DNA from: an uncultured Verrucomicrobiae bacterium
Lineage (GTDB): Bacteria; Verrucomicrobiota; Verrucomicrobiia; Chthoniobacterales; UBA10450
Assembly: GCA_963801815.1 (NCBI GenBank)
Contig: CAWDGJ010000006.1
Location: 1-64,000 of the forward strand
Reading direction: 5' to 3'
Length of the DNA: 64,000 nucleotides
The notes beneath the pieces are model-generated. The model searched no databases, had not been told where the DNA came from, and saw only the letters and a program-made list of their open reading frames with translations. Numbering within the stretch: the first letter of the stretch is position 1; every line of letters begins with the position of its first letter. The position numbers and the translations under genes were made by a program. Below, piece after piece: positions 52,326 to 63,133 of the stretch.

Positions 52326-52327
52326 AC

Positions 52328-53062
52328 TCAGCGAGTAAAAATTAATTTTATCCCGGCGATCGTGAGCACGGTTGCGAGAAAGATCGCAATGCCTCGCACC
52401 GGAAGCCGCCGGCTTCCCAAGTACGATCCGATCGATCCTCCAAGGATCGCGGGAATCGCTAGATAGATTCCCAATGCTGGAACCGAATGTTTGGCCGAAA
52501 AATATCCGACGAGGCCACCAATTGAATTTACCAAAATAAACAATGCAGAAATCGCCGCGGCCTGTTTGATCTTCGCCCATCGACAGAAGAGCACCAACGG
52601 CGTCAGGAATATTCCGCCGCCCGTTCCAGTGAGACCGGACAGAAATCCAAGACCCGCACCGACGCTAATAGCGAGTGGTTTTCCAGGAGGGTTCGTTTGG
52701 GGCGGATCGCTTCGACGAAAAATCAATCTGGCAGCCGAGAAAAGGAGCACGACGCCAATCAGAATTCTGAGCGCACCGGCAGAAGGTTGAAGATAACCGC
52801 CGGCGTAGGCCGCGGGGACCGACAGGAGCGCGAACGGCCAAAATAATTTCCATGAGAAATATCCTGCTCGCCAAAATTGAAACGAGCCGATAATCGCGAC
52901 CAAAATGTTCAACACCAGCGCAGTCGGGCGAATCACGGTTGGCGCCAGGCCAAATAAGGTCATGGTGGCGATGTAACCTGAGGCTCCGGCATGCCCGACC
53001 GACGAGTACAGGAACGCGATCAACGCGATGGCAAGACAAAGGAGAGCGAGTTCGGTATTCAC
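52328..53062 (-). CDS. Sulfite exporter TauE/SafE (TSUP) family protein
   Basis: YSSVGHAGASGY, GLTGTGGGIFLTP. Confidence 0.9.
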   Translation of the reverse strand: MNTELALLCLAIALIAFLYSSVGHAGASGYIATMTLFGLAPTVIRPTALVLNILVAIIGSFQFWRAGYFSWKLFWPFALLSVPAAYAGGYLQPSAGALRILIGVVLLFSAARLIFRRSDPPQTNPPGKPLAISVGAGLGFLSGLTGTGGGIFLTPLVLFCRWAKIKQAAAISALFILVNSIGGLVGYFSAKHSVPALGIYLAIPAILGGSIGSYLGSRRLPVRGIAIFLATVLTIAGIKLIFTR

Positions 53063-53132
53063 GCTGAATTTGAATTCTGACCCGCGAGTGCGGCGTCAGG
53101 ATCGATTCCTGTTGTAACGGACAGAGCCAGCA

Positions 53133-53459
53133 ATGAGAACCATCATTTTACTTACTATTTCCAACACGTTCATGAATCTGGCCTGGTATGGTCACTTGAA
53201 ATTTAAAGATCAACCGCTTTGGATCGTTATTTTAGCGAGCTGGATAATCGCTTTCTTCGAGTACGCTTTTCAAGTTCCGGCGAACCGCATCGGATCGAAT
53301 GAGTGGACGATCCCGCAATTGAAGATTTTGCAGGAGTGTATCACGCTGATTGTCTTTACCTTGATCGCGTTCGTGCTTTTTCGCTCGCCGGTGAAGTGGA
53401 ATTATCTCGTCTCCTACGGTCTCATCGTCAGCGCGGTCTATTTCGCCTTTAAGTTTTGA
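53133..53459 (+). CDS. DMT family small membrane protein
   Basis: SNTFMNLAWYGHLK, SWIIAFFEY..QVPANRIG, QLKILQE. Confidence 0.9.
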   Translation: MRTIILLTISNTFMNLAWYGHLKFKDQPLWIVILASWIIAFFEYAFQVPANRIGSNEWTIPQLKILQECITLIVFTLIAFVLFRSPVKWNYLVSYGLIVSAVYFAFKF

Positions 53460-53515
53460 CGGCAGGGCTCATCGCCGGCAAGCGTCTACTTATTAAAGTC
53501 GGTGCTTGGGAACAA

Positions 53516-53572
53516 TCATGCCGCTCCGCGGCAAACTACAAGAGGGTCATATAGATGCACTAGCGGGAGCGT
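53516..53572 (+). repeat. Third copy of the ~60-bp miniature element, inside a REP-like arm ending CTACA
   Basis: TCATGCCGCTCCGCGGCAAA...ATGCACTAGCGGGAGCGT matches the reverse complement of 7581-7639 and 7680-7739. Confidence 0.8.
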
Positions 53573-53638
53573 AGATACCGCTACAACTGCTTCCGCTTTT
53601 GCTTTCCCACGCTACCGTGTTCGGTGATTCCGATTGTT

Positions 53639-55828
53639 ATGGCGGCGGAAATTCAACCAGCAAATCCAGCGCACACGAACCGGCTCGCGCACGAAAAGTC
53701 GCCTTATCTTCTTCAGCACGCCCATAACCCGGTCGATTGGTATCCGTGGGGCGATGAAGCGTTTGAAAAGGCACGCCGCGAAAACAAACCAATCTTCCTC
53801 TCGATCGGATACTCGACTTGTCATTGGTGTCATGTGATGGCGCACGAGTCCTTCGAGGACGAAGAAATCGCGGCGATCATGAATCGCGAATTTGTGAACA
53901 TTAAAGTGGATCGCGAAGAACGGCCGGATGTTGATCGCGTTTATATGACGTTCCTACAGGCGACCACCGGAGGCGGGGGTTGGCCGATGAGCGTTTGGCT
54001 CACACCTGATCTAAAACCGTTCGTGGGCGGAACATATTTTCCGTCGGAAGACCGTTACGGTCAGCCCGCTTTTCGGAAAGTTTTGGAACGAATCGCAACC
54101 GCGTGGAAACAAGACCACGAGAAAATCATCGAGAACGGGACGAAGATTGTTGATGCGCTGCGCGAGTCGCAGTCGTCCGCGGCAGATACGTCTGTCAAGC
54201 TCGACAGCAGCATACTCGAAAAAGCGTACCAGCAACTCGATCGGAGTTACGATCCGCGCGAAGGCGGATTCAGTCCGGCGCCAAAATTTCCACGACCCGT
54301 GGCGCTGAATTTTTTGACTCATTTCTACGCGCGCGATCCAAACAGTGAATCGGGCAAGCACGCGTTGGAGATGGATTTGTTTACTTTGCGCAAAATGGCG
54401 GCCGGCGGAATTCACGATCATGTCGGTGGCGGATTTCATCGTTACTCGGTTGATCGTTACTGGCACGTGCCGCATTTCGAGAAAATGCTTTACGATCAGG
54501 CGCAGCTTGCAATTGCCTACGTCGACGCGTTTCAAATCACCCAAGATCGACAATACGCAGACGTGGCGCGCGACATTTTGGATTACGTCGCGCGGGACAT
54601 GACTTCAAAAGACGGCGGGTTCTTTTCCGCAGAGGATGCCGATAGTGCAGAGGTAGGGTCATCGCGCGGCGATGACCACGGTCGGCGCAGTGCGGCGACG
54701 CTACCAAAGAAAGAAGGCGCGTTCTATGTTTGGACGGAGAAGGAGATCGACGACGCGCTTGGCGCCGATTCGGCAGTTTTCAAATATCGTTACGGCGTCC
54801 AGCCGCACGGCAACGCGCCAGAAGGCAGTGATCCGCAGGATGAATTTCGGGGCAAAAATATTTTGATTCAGCGGCACACAATCGCTGAAACGGCCAACCA
54901 TTCCAAAAAGAGTGAGGACGACGTTCGACAATTGCTTGCCCGAAGCTGCGCGAAATTATTCGCAATCCGCAACCAGCGGCCACGTCCGCATTTGGATGAC
55001 AAAATCATTTCGGCGTGGAACGGCTTGATGATTTCCGCCTACTCACGTGCCGCACAGGTTTTGGATGAGCCGCGTTATCTCGAGGCTGCGAACCGCTCGG
55101 CAGAATTTCTGCGCGCGAACCTTTACGGTGACAAACTTCTTTTCCGTAATTTTCGCGAAGGCCGCGGAACGGTTGAAGGTTTCGCCGATGATTACGCGTT
55201 CGTCATTCAAGGACTGCTGGATCTCTACGAAGCGTCATTCGATGTCGAATGGTTGAAGTTCGCTATCGCGTTGCAAGCAACTCAGGACCGTCTGTTCTTC
55301 GACGAAAATCGCGGCGGCTATTTCAGCACCAGTGGCAAAGACAAGAGCGTTGTATTGCGAATGAAAGACGACAATGACAGCGCTGAGCCGGCCGCGAGTT
55401 CGGTCGCGGCGTTGAACTTGCTGCGATTGGCGCAATTTCGCGGCGACAAGAATTTCCAAGACCGTGCGCGGAAGACGCTCGAAGCCTTTACGCCGGCGGT
55501 GAATCATTTTGCCAGCGCCATGCCGCAATTGTTGGTGGCATTTGAGTTTAGTTCGAGCAAACCGCTCCAGATCGTGATCGCCGGCAAGATTAACGACGAA
55601 CAAACAAGAGCGCTCCTCAACGAAGTGCATCGCCATTTCTCGCCAAACCAAGCCCTAATTCTCGCCGATGGCGGCGAAGGTCAGAAGTTCCTCGGCGAAA
55701 AGAACGAAGCGATCCGCGCCATGTCACCGGTTGATGGCAAACCCGCCGCTTATGTCTGTGAGAATTTCACCTGCAAAACGCCAGTGACTGATATCAAGGC
55801 TTTGAACGCGCTGCTATCGCGTGAATAA
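53639..55828 (+). CDS. Thioredoxin domain-containing protein (YyaL/SSP411 family)
   Basis: [49 protein letters not shown] insertion at 54652-54705. Confidence 0.93.
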   Translation: MAAEIQPANPAHTNRLAHEKSPYLLQHAHNPVDWYPWGDEAFEKARRENKPIFLSIGYSTCHWCHVMAHESFEDEEIAAIMNREFVNIKVDREERPDVDRVYMTFLQATTGGGGWPMSVWLTPDLKPFVGGTYFPSEDRYGQPAFRKVLERIATAWKQDHEKIIENGTKIVDALRESQSSAADTSVKLDSSILEKAYQQLDRSYDPREGGFSPAPKFPRPVALNFLTHFYARDPNSESGKHALEMDLFTLRKMAAGGIHDHVGGGFHRYSVDRYWHVPHFEKMLYDQAQLAIAYVDAFQITQDRQYADVARDILDYVARDMTSKDGGFFSAEDADSAEVGSSRGDDHGRRSAATLPKKEGAFYVWTEKEIDDALGADSAVFKYRYGVQPHGNAPEGSDPQDEFRGKNILIQRHTIAETANHSKKSEDDVRQLLARSCAKLFAIRNQRPRPHLDDKIISAWNGLMISAYSRAAQVLDEPRYLEAANRSAEFLRANLYGDKLLFRNFREGRGTVEGFADDYAFVIQGLLDLYEASFDVEWLKFAIALQATQDRLFFDENRGGYFSTSGKDKSVVLRMKDDNDSAEPAASSVAALNLLRLAQFRGDKNFQDRARKTLEAFTPAVNHFASAMPQLLVAFEFSSSKPLQIVIAGKINDEQTRALLNEVHRHFSPNQALILADGGEGQKFLGEKNEAIRAMSPVDGKPAAYVCENFTCKTPVTDIKALNALLSRE
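54652..54705. repeat. 54-bp GGTAG...CTACC REP doublet inside the YyaL-like gene, frame preserved
   Basis: Hairpin GGTCATCGC-GCG-GCGATGACC; lies between EDADS and KEGAFYVW. Confidence 0.85.
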
Positions 55829-55837
55829 TAGCGCGCT

Positions 55838-56575
55838 GTGAGTAGCAACCGCGCTATCGTTTTTTTCGCATGGGGCTCAGACTGGATGAAGCGCGCGGCG
55901 GCGTGCATTCGCGAAAGCCAGCTTCCGGGCTATCCAATTTTCGTAGTAACCGATTCGGAAACCAACATCAACGAGCTGCCGAAAAACGTAGAAGTTATTC
56001 GACTGGTTTTTCAGTTGTCAGGCAAAGCAAGAAAGGCCGAATTTTTCGTGCGGACGCCGGAGAAGATTGGTACCGCGTTGTTTCTCGACGCCGACACACG
56101 CGTGATCGACGACGTGTCGCTCGGCTTTGAGAAAGCAGAAGAGCACGGGATGGCGATCGCGCCCGCGCCGCACTATTCGCTCGCGGACTTCCGCGATTTT
56201 GGTCAGGTCATGACGAAGGAGGGCATCAATCCGCTCGGACAGATGATTTACAATACGGGCGTGATCTTCGCCACGCCGCATCGGCCGGATGTTCACGCTG
56301 TGTTCCAGCGAACGTTGGAACTCGCGCAAAAATATCGGGACAAACCGTGGAACGAGCAGCCGTATTTCACGCTGGCGATGGAGCTCTTGCACTTCAATCC
56401 GTACACCTTGTCGCCCAGCTTCAATCATCGGGGGTTCGGCGAGTTGATCAGCGGCTCGATCCGCATCTGGCATTCGTATGACCCGTTGCCGCGCAATGCT
56501 GCGTCCCTGGAGAAAGGCTATCTTCATCGCCACGAGAAGGGGAAACTGGTCAAGGCGGTGAAAGTTCCTTTGTGA
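55838..56575 (+). CDS. GT-A-like nucleotide-diphospho-sugar transferase candidate
   Basis: LFLDADT (DxD), YNTGVIF, NEQP. Confidence 0.6.
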   Translation: MSSNRAIVFFAWGSDWMKRAAACIRESQLPGYPIFVVTDSETNINELPKNVEVIRLVFQLSGKARKAEFFVRTPEKIGTALFLDADTRVIDDVSLGFEKAEEHGMAIAPAPHYSLADFRDFGQVMTKEGINPLGQMIYNTGVIFATPHRPDVHAVFQRTLELAQKYRDKPWNEQPYFTLAMELLHFNPYTLSPSFNHRGFGELISGSIRIWHSYDPLPRNAASLEKGYLHRHEKGKLVKAVKVPL

Positions 56576-57642
56576 TGGCGAACAATTCGTCGCGGATTGT
56601 TCTTCACATCGGCGCTCCCAAGACGGCGTCGACTTATTTGCAGCGCCGGCTGCGCGCGAACGCGGCGACATTGCGCAAGCACAGCATTTACATTCCGGTT
56701 CTTCCTGCCGTTGCGGCAATGGCAGGCAACGCAAAACTCTTGGCGACAACGCTGAGCCGGCGCCCGTCGTTGACCTTTCAACGCGGGTTCCCGGAAATCG
56801 ACGTTGCGAAACTCGATCCGGGGCAAATTGTCGCCGAACTGCTGTCAGATTGGAAAACAGGGTCGGAATCGATTGTTCTTTCCGCCGAGAATTTTCGGCC
56901 GAATCACGCCCAGCGACTGCGGGAACTGGTTCCAAGCTCAACGCCATGCGTGATTGTCCTGCTCGTGCGGCGGCAGGATCGCTGGATTGATTCCTATTAC
57001 AATCAGATGGTGAAGACGAACGAAACCGCCGAAGAGATTGGCGCATTTGTCGCCCGACTATGTGATACCGATGGCGAAAGATTGTGCCGGCCGGATTGGT
57101 TTGCTCATTATGAAACCTGGCGGAGCGCCTTTGGAAATTGTCGCGTCTTGTTCTATGACGAAGTTGCCAGTGACGTGTTTGGCGCGTTCATGAATGCGGC
57201 TGGTTTTCTGTCGGTGCCAGATTTGATCGATGTCGATCGCGCACAAGTCTCTTTAAACACGTATGAAGTCGCTTACCTCCTCGAGCAAACGCAGCCATTG
57301 GAATTCTCTGACTTTCTTCGGCGCAAGGGCGCCAGCGAAAAAGCATCTCGTCGGCTCGGCCTGGAAAAAACACAAAGCTTTCTTTCCGATGTCGATCTCA
57401 AGCGATTGCACGAGCGATTTGATGAGTCTAACCGGCGATTGATCGCTACTTTAGATCGAGAAAAAAATCCGCCGCCGCTGGAAATCGATGCCGCTGCCAA
57501 TTCAGATTATTACTGCGACCTCCGGCAGCTCGTCATCTCCGAATCGTATGCAAAATATCGCAAGCTCGCTGACGCGATTTATTCACGGCGAAAGCGTGAG
57601 AGTTGGTTTTCATTTGGCCGGTCCGTTAATCGATGCGTGTGA
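56575..57642 (+). CDS. P-loop sulfotransferase-like protein
   Basis: LHIGAPKTASTYLQ (5'-PSB-like), LSAE, RRQD..I.S.YNQ. Confidence 0.7.
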   Translation: MANNSSRIVLHIGAPKTASTYLQRRLRANAATLRKHSIYIPVLPAVAAMAGNAKLLATTLSRRPSLTFQRGFPEIDVAKLDPGQIVAELLSDWKTGSESIVLSAENFRPNHAQRLRELVPSSTPCVIVLLVRRQDRWIDSYYNQMVKTNETAEEIGAFVARLCDTDGERLCRPDWFAHYETWRSAFGNCRVLFYDEVASDVFGAFMNAAGFLSVPDLIDVDRAQVSLNTYEVAYLLEQTQPLEFSDFLRRKGASEKASRRLGLEKTQSFLSDVDLKRLHERFDESNRRLIATLDREKNPPPLEIDAAANSDYYCDLRQLVISESYAKYRKLADAIYSRRKRESWFSFGRSVNRCV

Positions 57643-59015
57643 TGAAGTCCAATATTCTTCTGATCATGTGCGACCAACTTCGAGCCGACGCACTCGGTTG
57701 CACCGGCGGTTGGGTGAAAACTCCAAACATCGATCGAATCGCGCGCGAAGGGATGCGGTTCACAAATTGCGTGACGAATGCGCCGGTTTGTTTGCCAGCG
57801 CGTATCTCGATGGCCACCGGACGTTATCCGCACAACACCGGGGTCTGGGATAATTGCCCGTACGAGTTGCCCGAGGGCACGCCAACCTGGATGTCGGCGA
57901 TCCGCAACGCCGGTTATCGAACGAGCGTGTTTGGAAAAACCGCGCTTCACCGCGGCGGCCCCGATCTGCGCAAATTTGAATACAAACTACATTCCTACGG
58001 TTTGGACGATGTCGATGAAATCCGCGGGCCGCACGCGACGGTCGATATCGTCTGTAATATGACCGAACGCTGGAGAAGTCTCGGTTTGCTCGAAGCGTTT
58101 CAGAAAGACATGAAGGAGCGGGGCGGAAAAAATCGGACACTGGCAAGACCATCGACGCTTCCGTTGTCCGAGTACTACGATGTGTATGTCGGTCAGCGAG
58201 CTAAAGATTATCTCCGCAGCTACAAACGATCGCTGCCATGGTTTTGCTGGGTCAGTTTTGCCGGACCGCACGAGCCGTGGGACACACCCGAGCCGTTCGC
58301 CAGCCTGTATCGGGCGGAAGATATGCCAGAACCGTTCAAGCGCCCGCCAGACAGAAAGCGCGGGCCGACCGGTGAATTGGATCGCCGATTTGCCGAAGCG
58401 TCACGGGATGGAATTCCGAACGCGAAAGAATTGCGGGCGAGTTATGCGGGAAAGGTTTCACTGATCGACGATCAGGTTGGTCAGATTCTCAGCGAAATCG
58501 AAAGCCGTGAAGAATTGGATCGCACTGTCATACTTTTTACTTCCGACCACGGTGAAATGAATGGCGACTACGATTTGATTCATAAATCGAACTTCCTCAA
58601 CCCCGCGGTGCGTGTTCCGTTCATTATCAGCACGCCGGAGATCAAAAAGTCCTCTCACGCAGGAACGCCCAACGATGCACTGATTGAATGGTTCGATGCG
58701 GGTCCGACGTTGGCGGACGTTGCCGGCGCGACGCTCAACTATACGCAATTCGCGCGCTCTCTGACTCCAACTCTTGAAAATCCGAACACTGAGCATCGCA
58801 GTTTCGCGATTTCAGAATTACTGAATGAGATCATGTATCTCGATCGGGATTGGAAGCTGATGCTGAATCGGAGACGCGAACCATATCGATTGTTCGATGT
58901 CAAAAACGATCCACAGGAGATGGAAGATCTGGTTGGCCGGCGCGAGCACGAGTCCCTCGTAAATGAATTGAAGCGCCGAATTGCCGATCGCTTGAAGGAA
59001 ACTGGAGGCGCGTGA
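57642..59015 (+). CDS. Sulfatase (formylglycine type)
   Basis: NILLIMCDQLR, TPNID, CLPAR (CxPxR), SDHG. Confidence 0.92.
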   Translation: MKSNILLIMCDQLRADALGCTGGWVKTPNIDRIAREGMRFTNCVTNAPVCLPARISMATGRYPHNTGVWDNCPYELPEGTPTWMSAIRNAGYRTSVFGKTALHRGGPDLRKFEYKLHSYGLDDVDEIRGPHATVDIVCNMTERWRSLGLLEAFQKDMKERGGKNRTLARPSTLPLSEYYDVYVGQRAKDYLRSYKRSLPWFCWVSFAGPHEPWDTPEPFASLYRAEDMPEPFKRPPDRKRGPTGELDRRFAEASRDGIPNAKELRASYAGKVSLIDDQVGQILSEIESREELDRTVILFTSDHGEMNGDYDLIHKSNFLNPAVRVPFIISTPEIKKSSHAGTPNDALIEWFDAGPTLADVAGATLNYTQFARSLTPTLENPNTEHRSFAISELLNEIMYLDRDWKLMLNRRREPYRLFDVKNDPQEMEDLVGRREHESLVNELKRRIADRLKETGGA

Positions 59016-59019
59016 TTTC

Positions 59020-59880
59020 ATGGACATGGGCGAGAAGCGCAATGTTCTCATCACCGGGATCCCACGCTCGGGAACAACGCTGGTTTGTTCGCTGCTTAAC
59101 AAGTTGCCCGACATCGTGGCGTTACACGAGCCAATGGACGTTTGGGATTTTGTGAACTGTCGAGATGGCAATGAAATCGCAGACTTAATCGGAAAATTTT
59201 GCGCGGAGTCGAGGGAATCGTTGCAACAACAAGGTTTCGCGATTTCCAAACACGTTGGCGGCGAAATTCGCGACAACGCCGCCGGCAATCAGGTTGATAG
59301 CGCGGGGAAGCGAGTGCGTCGCACTGAGCACGGTAAAATCCTAATTGATAAGCCACTGTCGCAGAATTTTACGCTCGTGATCAAACATCCGCTGGCGTTT
59401 ACGGCGCTACTCGACCCTTTGTCGCAGAAGTTCGAGTGTTACGCGATGGTCCGAAATCCCCTGGCCACGCTCGCGTCCTGGAACAGTCTTGATTGGCTCA
59501 AAGTCAAACAGGGGCATGCGCCAATCGCGGAAAAATTGGATGCCGATCTTGGGCGAAAGCTCGGCAATGCATCCGACGCGATCGAACGCCAGATTCAGAT
59601 TTTGGAATGGTCGCACGATCGGTTTCACCGTTTTCTGCCGGAGCAGGCCGTCATCAGGTACGAAGATTTGATCGCCAGTCGCGCTCGTGAGTTGGCGAAA
59701 ATTTTTCCGGCGGCAGCGGGGTTTGACGAAAACCTGGTTTCGAGAAACCTGAACAAATTTTACGATCGCGACCTGATGGTGGAGCTGGGACAGCGGCTAA
59801 TGCGCCGCGATGGGCCGCTCTGGAATTTTTACTGCAGGCGCGACGTCGAGAATTTGATCAGCGACGCGGCGCCGCATTGA
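59020..59880 (+). CDS. Sulfotransferase family protein
   Basis: [30 protein letters not shown]. Confidence 0.85.
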   Translation: MDMGEKRNVLITGIPRSGTTLVCSLLNKLPDIVALHEPMDVWDFVNCRDGNEIADLIGKFCAESRESLQQQGFAISKHVGGEIRDNAAGNQVDSAGKRVRRTEHGKILIDKPLSQNFTLVIKHPLAFTALLDPLSQKFECYAMVRNPLATLASWNSLDWLKVKQGHAPIAEKLDADLGRKLGNASDAIERQIQILEWSHDRFHRFLPEQAVIRYEDLIASRARELAKIFPAAAGFDENLVSRNLNKFYDRDLMVELGQRLMRRDGPLWNFYCRRDVENLISDAAPH

Positions 59881-59890
59881 GAGCGCCGCT

Positions 59891-60178
59891 CTAAATTCCT
59901 TCGATAACGAGCATGTTCGTTTTCGCGGTGCGATGGCGCATTTTGCGCGGCTCGCGGTATTCCTCGCAATTGAGCCACTCTTTGGCGCGGGCCACGGTCG
60001 GGAATTCAAGAATCACGATCCGTTTCGGTTTCCAATTGCCTTCGAGGATTTCGGCCTTTCCGCCGCGAACGATGTATTTGCCGCCGTACTGGTGAACGGT
60101 CGCCGCCGCTTGCTTTTTGTATTCCTCGTAGCCGACCGGATCGGTGATTTCGATTTCGACAATGACGTAAGCAGCCAT
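59891..60178 (-). CDS. DUF1330 domain-containing protein
   Basis: [23 protein letters not shown]. Confidence 0.9.
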   Translation of the reverse strand: MAAYVIVEIEITDPVGYEEYKKQAAATVHQYGGKYIVRGGKAEILEGNWKPKRIVILEFPTVARAKEWLNCEEYREPRKMRHRTAKTNMLVIEGI

Positions 60179-60180
60179 AG

Positions 60181-60468
60181 CTAGACTCCTTGGACTAAGA
60201 TCATCTTTGTGTTTGCCGTTTGCTTCCGGATCAGGCATGGCTGGCGATATTCTTCGCAATCGTGCCATTCTGTTGCGCGATCCATAGAGGGAAACTCAAT
60301 CACCACGATGCGTTTGGGGCGCCAATCGCCTTCCAGCGTTTCTACGCGGTCACTGACAGCAATGTATTTGCCGTCATATTTTTCAACGAGCGGGACGACG
60401 GCCTTGCGGTATTCTGCAAATCCGGCCGGATCGAATACGTCGATATCAATAATCATATAGGCGGGCAT
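60181..60468 (-). CDS. DUF1330 domain-containing protein (tandem paralog)
   Basis: [22 protein letters not shown]; same length as its neighbour. Confidence 0.9.
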   Translation of the reverse strand: MPAYMIIDIDVFDPAGFAEYRKAVVPLVEKYDGKYIAVSDRVETLEGDWRPKRIVVIEFPSMDRATEWHDCEEYRQPCLIRKQTANTKMILVQGV

Positions 60469-60488
60469 AAAAAAAGCTGGTCACCTTG

Positions 60489-61232
60489 TCACTTGGATGA
60501 GACGGAACCGTTGCCTTTGCCGCGATCTTTAGCGGCCAGCTCAGGGATTCTTTTGCGCCGCCGCAAGCGCATCCAGTTATTCCACGTTTTTCGAAGACTG
60601 TCTCGAGGCGTGAGATACTGCTGATTGAGCTCGTTGCTCTTGAGAATCTGGGCAAGGACGCCTTTCACTGAGAAATCGTCAGTGTTCAAAATCGTGTAGG
60701 CGGTGCCGACTGCCGCCGCGTGATGCGCGTCGCTGGCAGCAACCATGGGCAAGCCACGAACCTGCGCGTACTTGAACGCATACCGATTGTAACGGCGCAG
60801 CGTCGTGGCGGCGTTGAAAACTTCGATCGCATCGACCGGCAGGGTTTCCAGCACCGAAAAACGAATCCCGGCGCGGAACAAATCGTAAGGGTGTGGCGGA
60901 ATGGCCAGGCCGCCGCGCCTATGGATGATCTCACAAACTTCACGAGCTGGCTTTCCCTTCAAGTATGGCAGCTCGGCGCCGATGCACAGCAGATGACCAT
61001 CAGCGGTCGTGACTTCGACGCCCGGCAAAACGAGAAAACCATCGACCGGCTGACCGTCGAGCCGCATCAAACCTTTCTCGAGCATATAGGTGACCGCATC
61101 GCACGTGTTGTGATCGGTCATTGCAATGCCGTGCAAACCTTTGGCCTTGGCGGCGGCGATCAAATCTTCCGGACTCGAAACGCCGTCTCCGGAAAAAAAA
61201 GAATGAGTATGAAGGTCGAAATTAAGCGGCAT
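60489..61232 (-). CDS. PHP domain-containing metallohydrolase
   Basis: DLHTHS, TDHN, GVEVTT, PHP, SDAH. Confidence 0.9.
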   Translation of the reverse strand: MPLNFDLHTHSFFSGDGVSSPEDLIAAAKAKGLHGIAMTDHNTCDAVTYMLEKGLMRLDGQPVDGFLVLPGVEVTTADGHLLCIGAELPYLKGKPAREVCEIIHRRGGLAIPPHPYDLFRAGIRFSVLETLPVDAIEVFNAATTLRRYNRYAFKYAQVRGLPMVAASDAHHAAAVGTAYTILNTDDFSVKGVLAQILKSNELNQQYLTPRDSLRKTWNNWMRLRRRKRIPELAAKDRGKGNGSVSSK

Positions 61233-61249
61233 GTCAGCTCGACGTTCTA

Positions 61250-63133
61250 CTACACTAATTCTTCGGCCAGCACGTCCGGCTCGGATGCCGTTTCCGACTC
61301 TGGCGTCGTTTGGTGGAACTGCAAATCGTAGAGGCGACGATAATACCCGGACTTCTCGATCAACTCGGAGTGCGAGCCTATTTCCTTTATTTGGCCCTGA
61401 TCCAGCACCACGATTTGATCGGCCGACAAAATTGTCGACAGACGGTGAGCAATGGCGATGACAGTTCGACCGGCTGCGAGTTTTTCGAGCGCCTTTTGAA
61501 TTTGCTTCTCGGACTCGGTGTCGAGAGATGACGTCGCTTCGTCGAGCAACAGGATCGGTGCATTCTTCAAAAGCGCCCGGGCAATGGCCAATCGTTGCTG
61601 CTGGCCACCGGACAACAGGCAGCCCTTATCTCCAATAACCGTGTCGTACCCATCCGGCTGCGCGATGATGAAATCGTGGGCGTAGGCAGTTCGGGCAGCG
61701 GCATAAACTTCTTCCGGTGTTGCGCCCATCCGGCCGAATTGGATATTTTTGAAAATCGTGTCGTGAAACAGAAACGTCTCCTGGGTGACAAGGCCCATTT
61801 GCGCGCGCAGCGATTTTTGGGTCAACGATCGCAGATCGTAACCGTCGATCTTGATCTTGCCGGAAGTTGGATCGTAGAGGCGCAGGATGAGCGATAGAAT
61901 TGTCGACTTGCCGGCGCCGCTGGCGCCGACCAGCGCGTAAGTTTTTCCTGGCTCAATTCGCAAATCGATGTCACGAACCGCATCACTGACTCCCGTTGAG
62001 TATCGAAACGTGACGTTTTCGAAATCGATCTGGCCGCGCGCCGCCGGAAGCTGGACCGCATTCGGGGTATCTTCGACGGTTGGTCTGGAATCGAGGATTG
62101 CGAAAATGGCTGTGGTAGCACCCAGCGATCGCTGCATGACGATGTGAAGTTTGCTTAACGTCTTGATCGGGTCGTAGATGATGAAGATTCCTGCGATCAA
62201 TCCGAAGAATCTGCCCGCGCTGAGATTGGTCGCGTAGACATACCAAAGGGCCAGACCGACGCCGATCGAAGCAATGATTTCGACCAGCGGTCCGACGGCT
62301 TCGGTTGCTTTCACCGTGCGCATGGTATGAGAGAACGATTGTTGCGAGCCGCGCCGAAACGCCTTTTCCTGCTGGTCTTCTCGCGCGAACGATTTGATCA
62401 CGCGAATACCGGCGAAACTCTCCTGCATCGTGATTGACATCAGGACGCCGCCTTTCTGTTCACGCTGGGTGGCCTGGCGCGCGCGTTTTCCGAAAATGCG
62501 AATCGGAATGATGCAGGTCGGAAATAGAACCAGACTAACGATGGTGAATTTCCAATCCATCCAAAGCAACACCCCCACCGCGCCAATGATTGTGATCGGT
62601 TGCTTGAAAACGTCGCTGCTAACGCTGGTCAGGGCCTGCTGCAAACTGCGGGTGTCGCTGGTGATTCGCGACATTAAGTAGCCGGCCTGCATCCGATTGA
62701 AAAAATCCATCGAATGATGCATGACTTTAGTAAACAGCTGATTGCGGACGTCGTTCACCACTCTATTGCTCACCCAATTCATGTAGTAAGCGTTGCCGTA
62801 GGCACACAGGCTGCGCACCGTCATCACGAACGGAATTGCCAGACAAACCCAAACCACTGAGCCCAATTTCGGGCCCGTATTTAGCATTTCGGGATGGCTA
62901 TAGAACGACTTCGGATTAGGTGCGGCGCCATGAAACACAAAATTCGCAACCCAATAAACCGTGGCTGGCAGAGCTGATGTCAGCAAGCCGGCGGCAGTTC
63001 CTAAAGCGAGGCCAAGGAGGAATCGAAATTTGTATGGACCGGCGTAACTGTACAGCCGCTTGTACGGCTTCCATGCGGTTCGCATGGTTTCCCAGAACGA
63101 GAGCTTTACTTTGGCGCCTTCTGCCTTGCTCAT
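61250..63133 (-). CDS. msbA: MsbA-like lipid A ABC exporter
   Basis: TM domain plus GASGAGKS, LSGGQQQR, LLDEATS, IAHRLST; follows a heptosyltransferase gene. Confidence 0.8.
   Translation of the reverse strand: MSKAEGAKVKLSFWETMRTAWKPYKRLYSYAGPYKFRFLLGLALGTAAGLLTSALPATVYWVANFVFHGAAPNPKSFYSHPEMLNTGPKLGSVVWVCLAIPFVMTVRSLCAYGNAYYMNWVSNRVVNDVRNQLFTKVMHHSMDFFNRMQAGYLMSRITSDTRSLQQALTSVSSDVFKQPITIIGAVGVLLWMDWKFTIVSLVLFPTCIIPIRIFGKRARQATQREQKGGVLMSITMQESFAGIRVIKSFAREDQQEKAFRRGSQQSFSHTMRTVKATEAVGPLVEIIASIGVGLALWYVYATNLSAGRFFGLIAGIFIIYDPIKTLSKLHIVMQRSLGATTAIFAILDSRPTVEDTPNAVQLPAARGQIDFENVTFRYSTGVSDAVRDIDLRIEPGKTYALVGASGAGKSTILSLILRLYDPTSGKIKIDGYDLRSLTQKSLRAQMGLVTQETFLFHDTIFKNIQFGRMGATPEEVYAAARTAYAHDFIIAQPDGYDTVIGDKGCLLSGGQQQRLAIARALLKNAPILLLDEATSSLDTESEKQIQKALEKLAAGRTVIAIAHRLSTILSADQIVVLDQGQIKEIGSHSELIEKSGYYRRLYDLQFHQTTPESETASEPDVLAEELV

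Noticed and set aside
53530..53570. c-di-GMP-I riboswitch-like GGCAAA start
   Set aside because: Lacks GACGCAAAGC and the second stem; the sequence belongs to the ~60-bp repeat family
61266..61286. Possible seventh copy of the 18-bp element in the msbA tail (GCCAG-CAC-GTCCGGCTCGGA)
   Set aside because: Only 12 contiguous nt match, in a different reading frame; may be chance in GC-rich DNA
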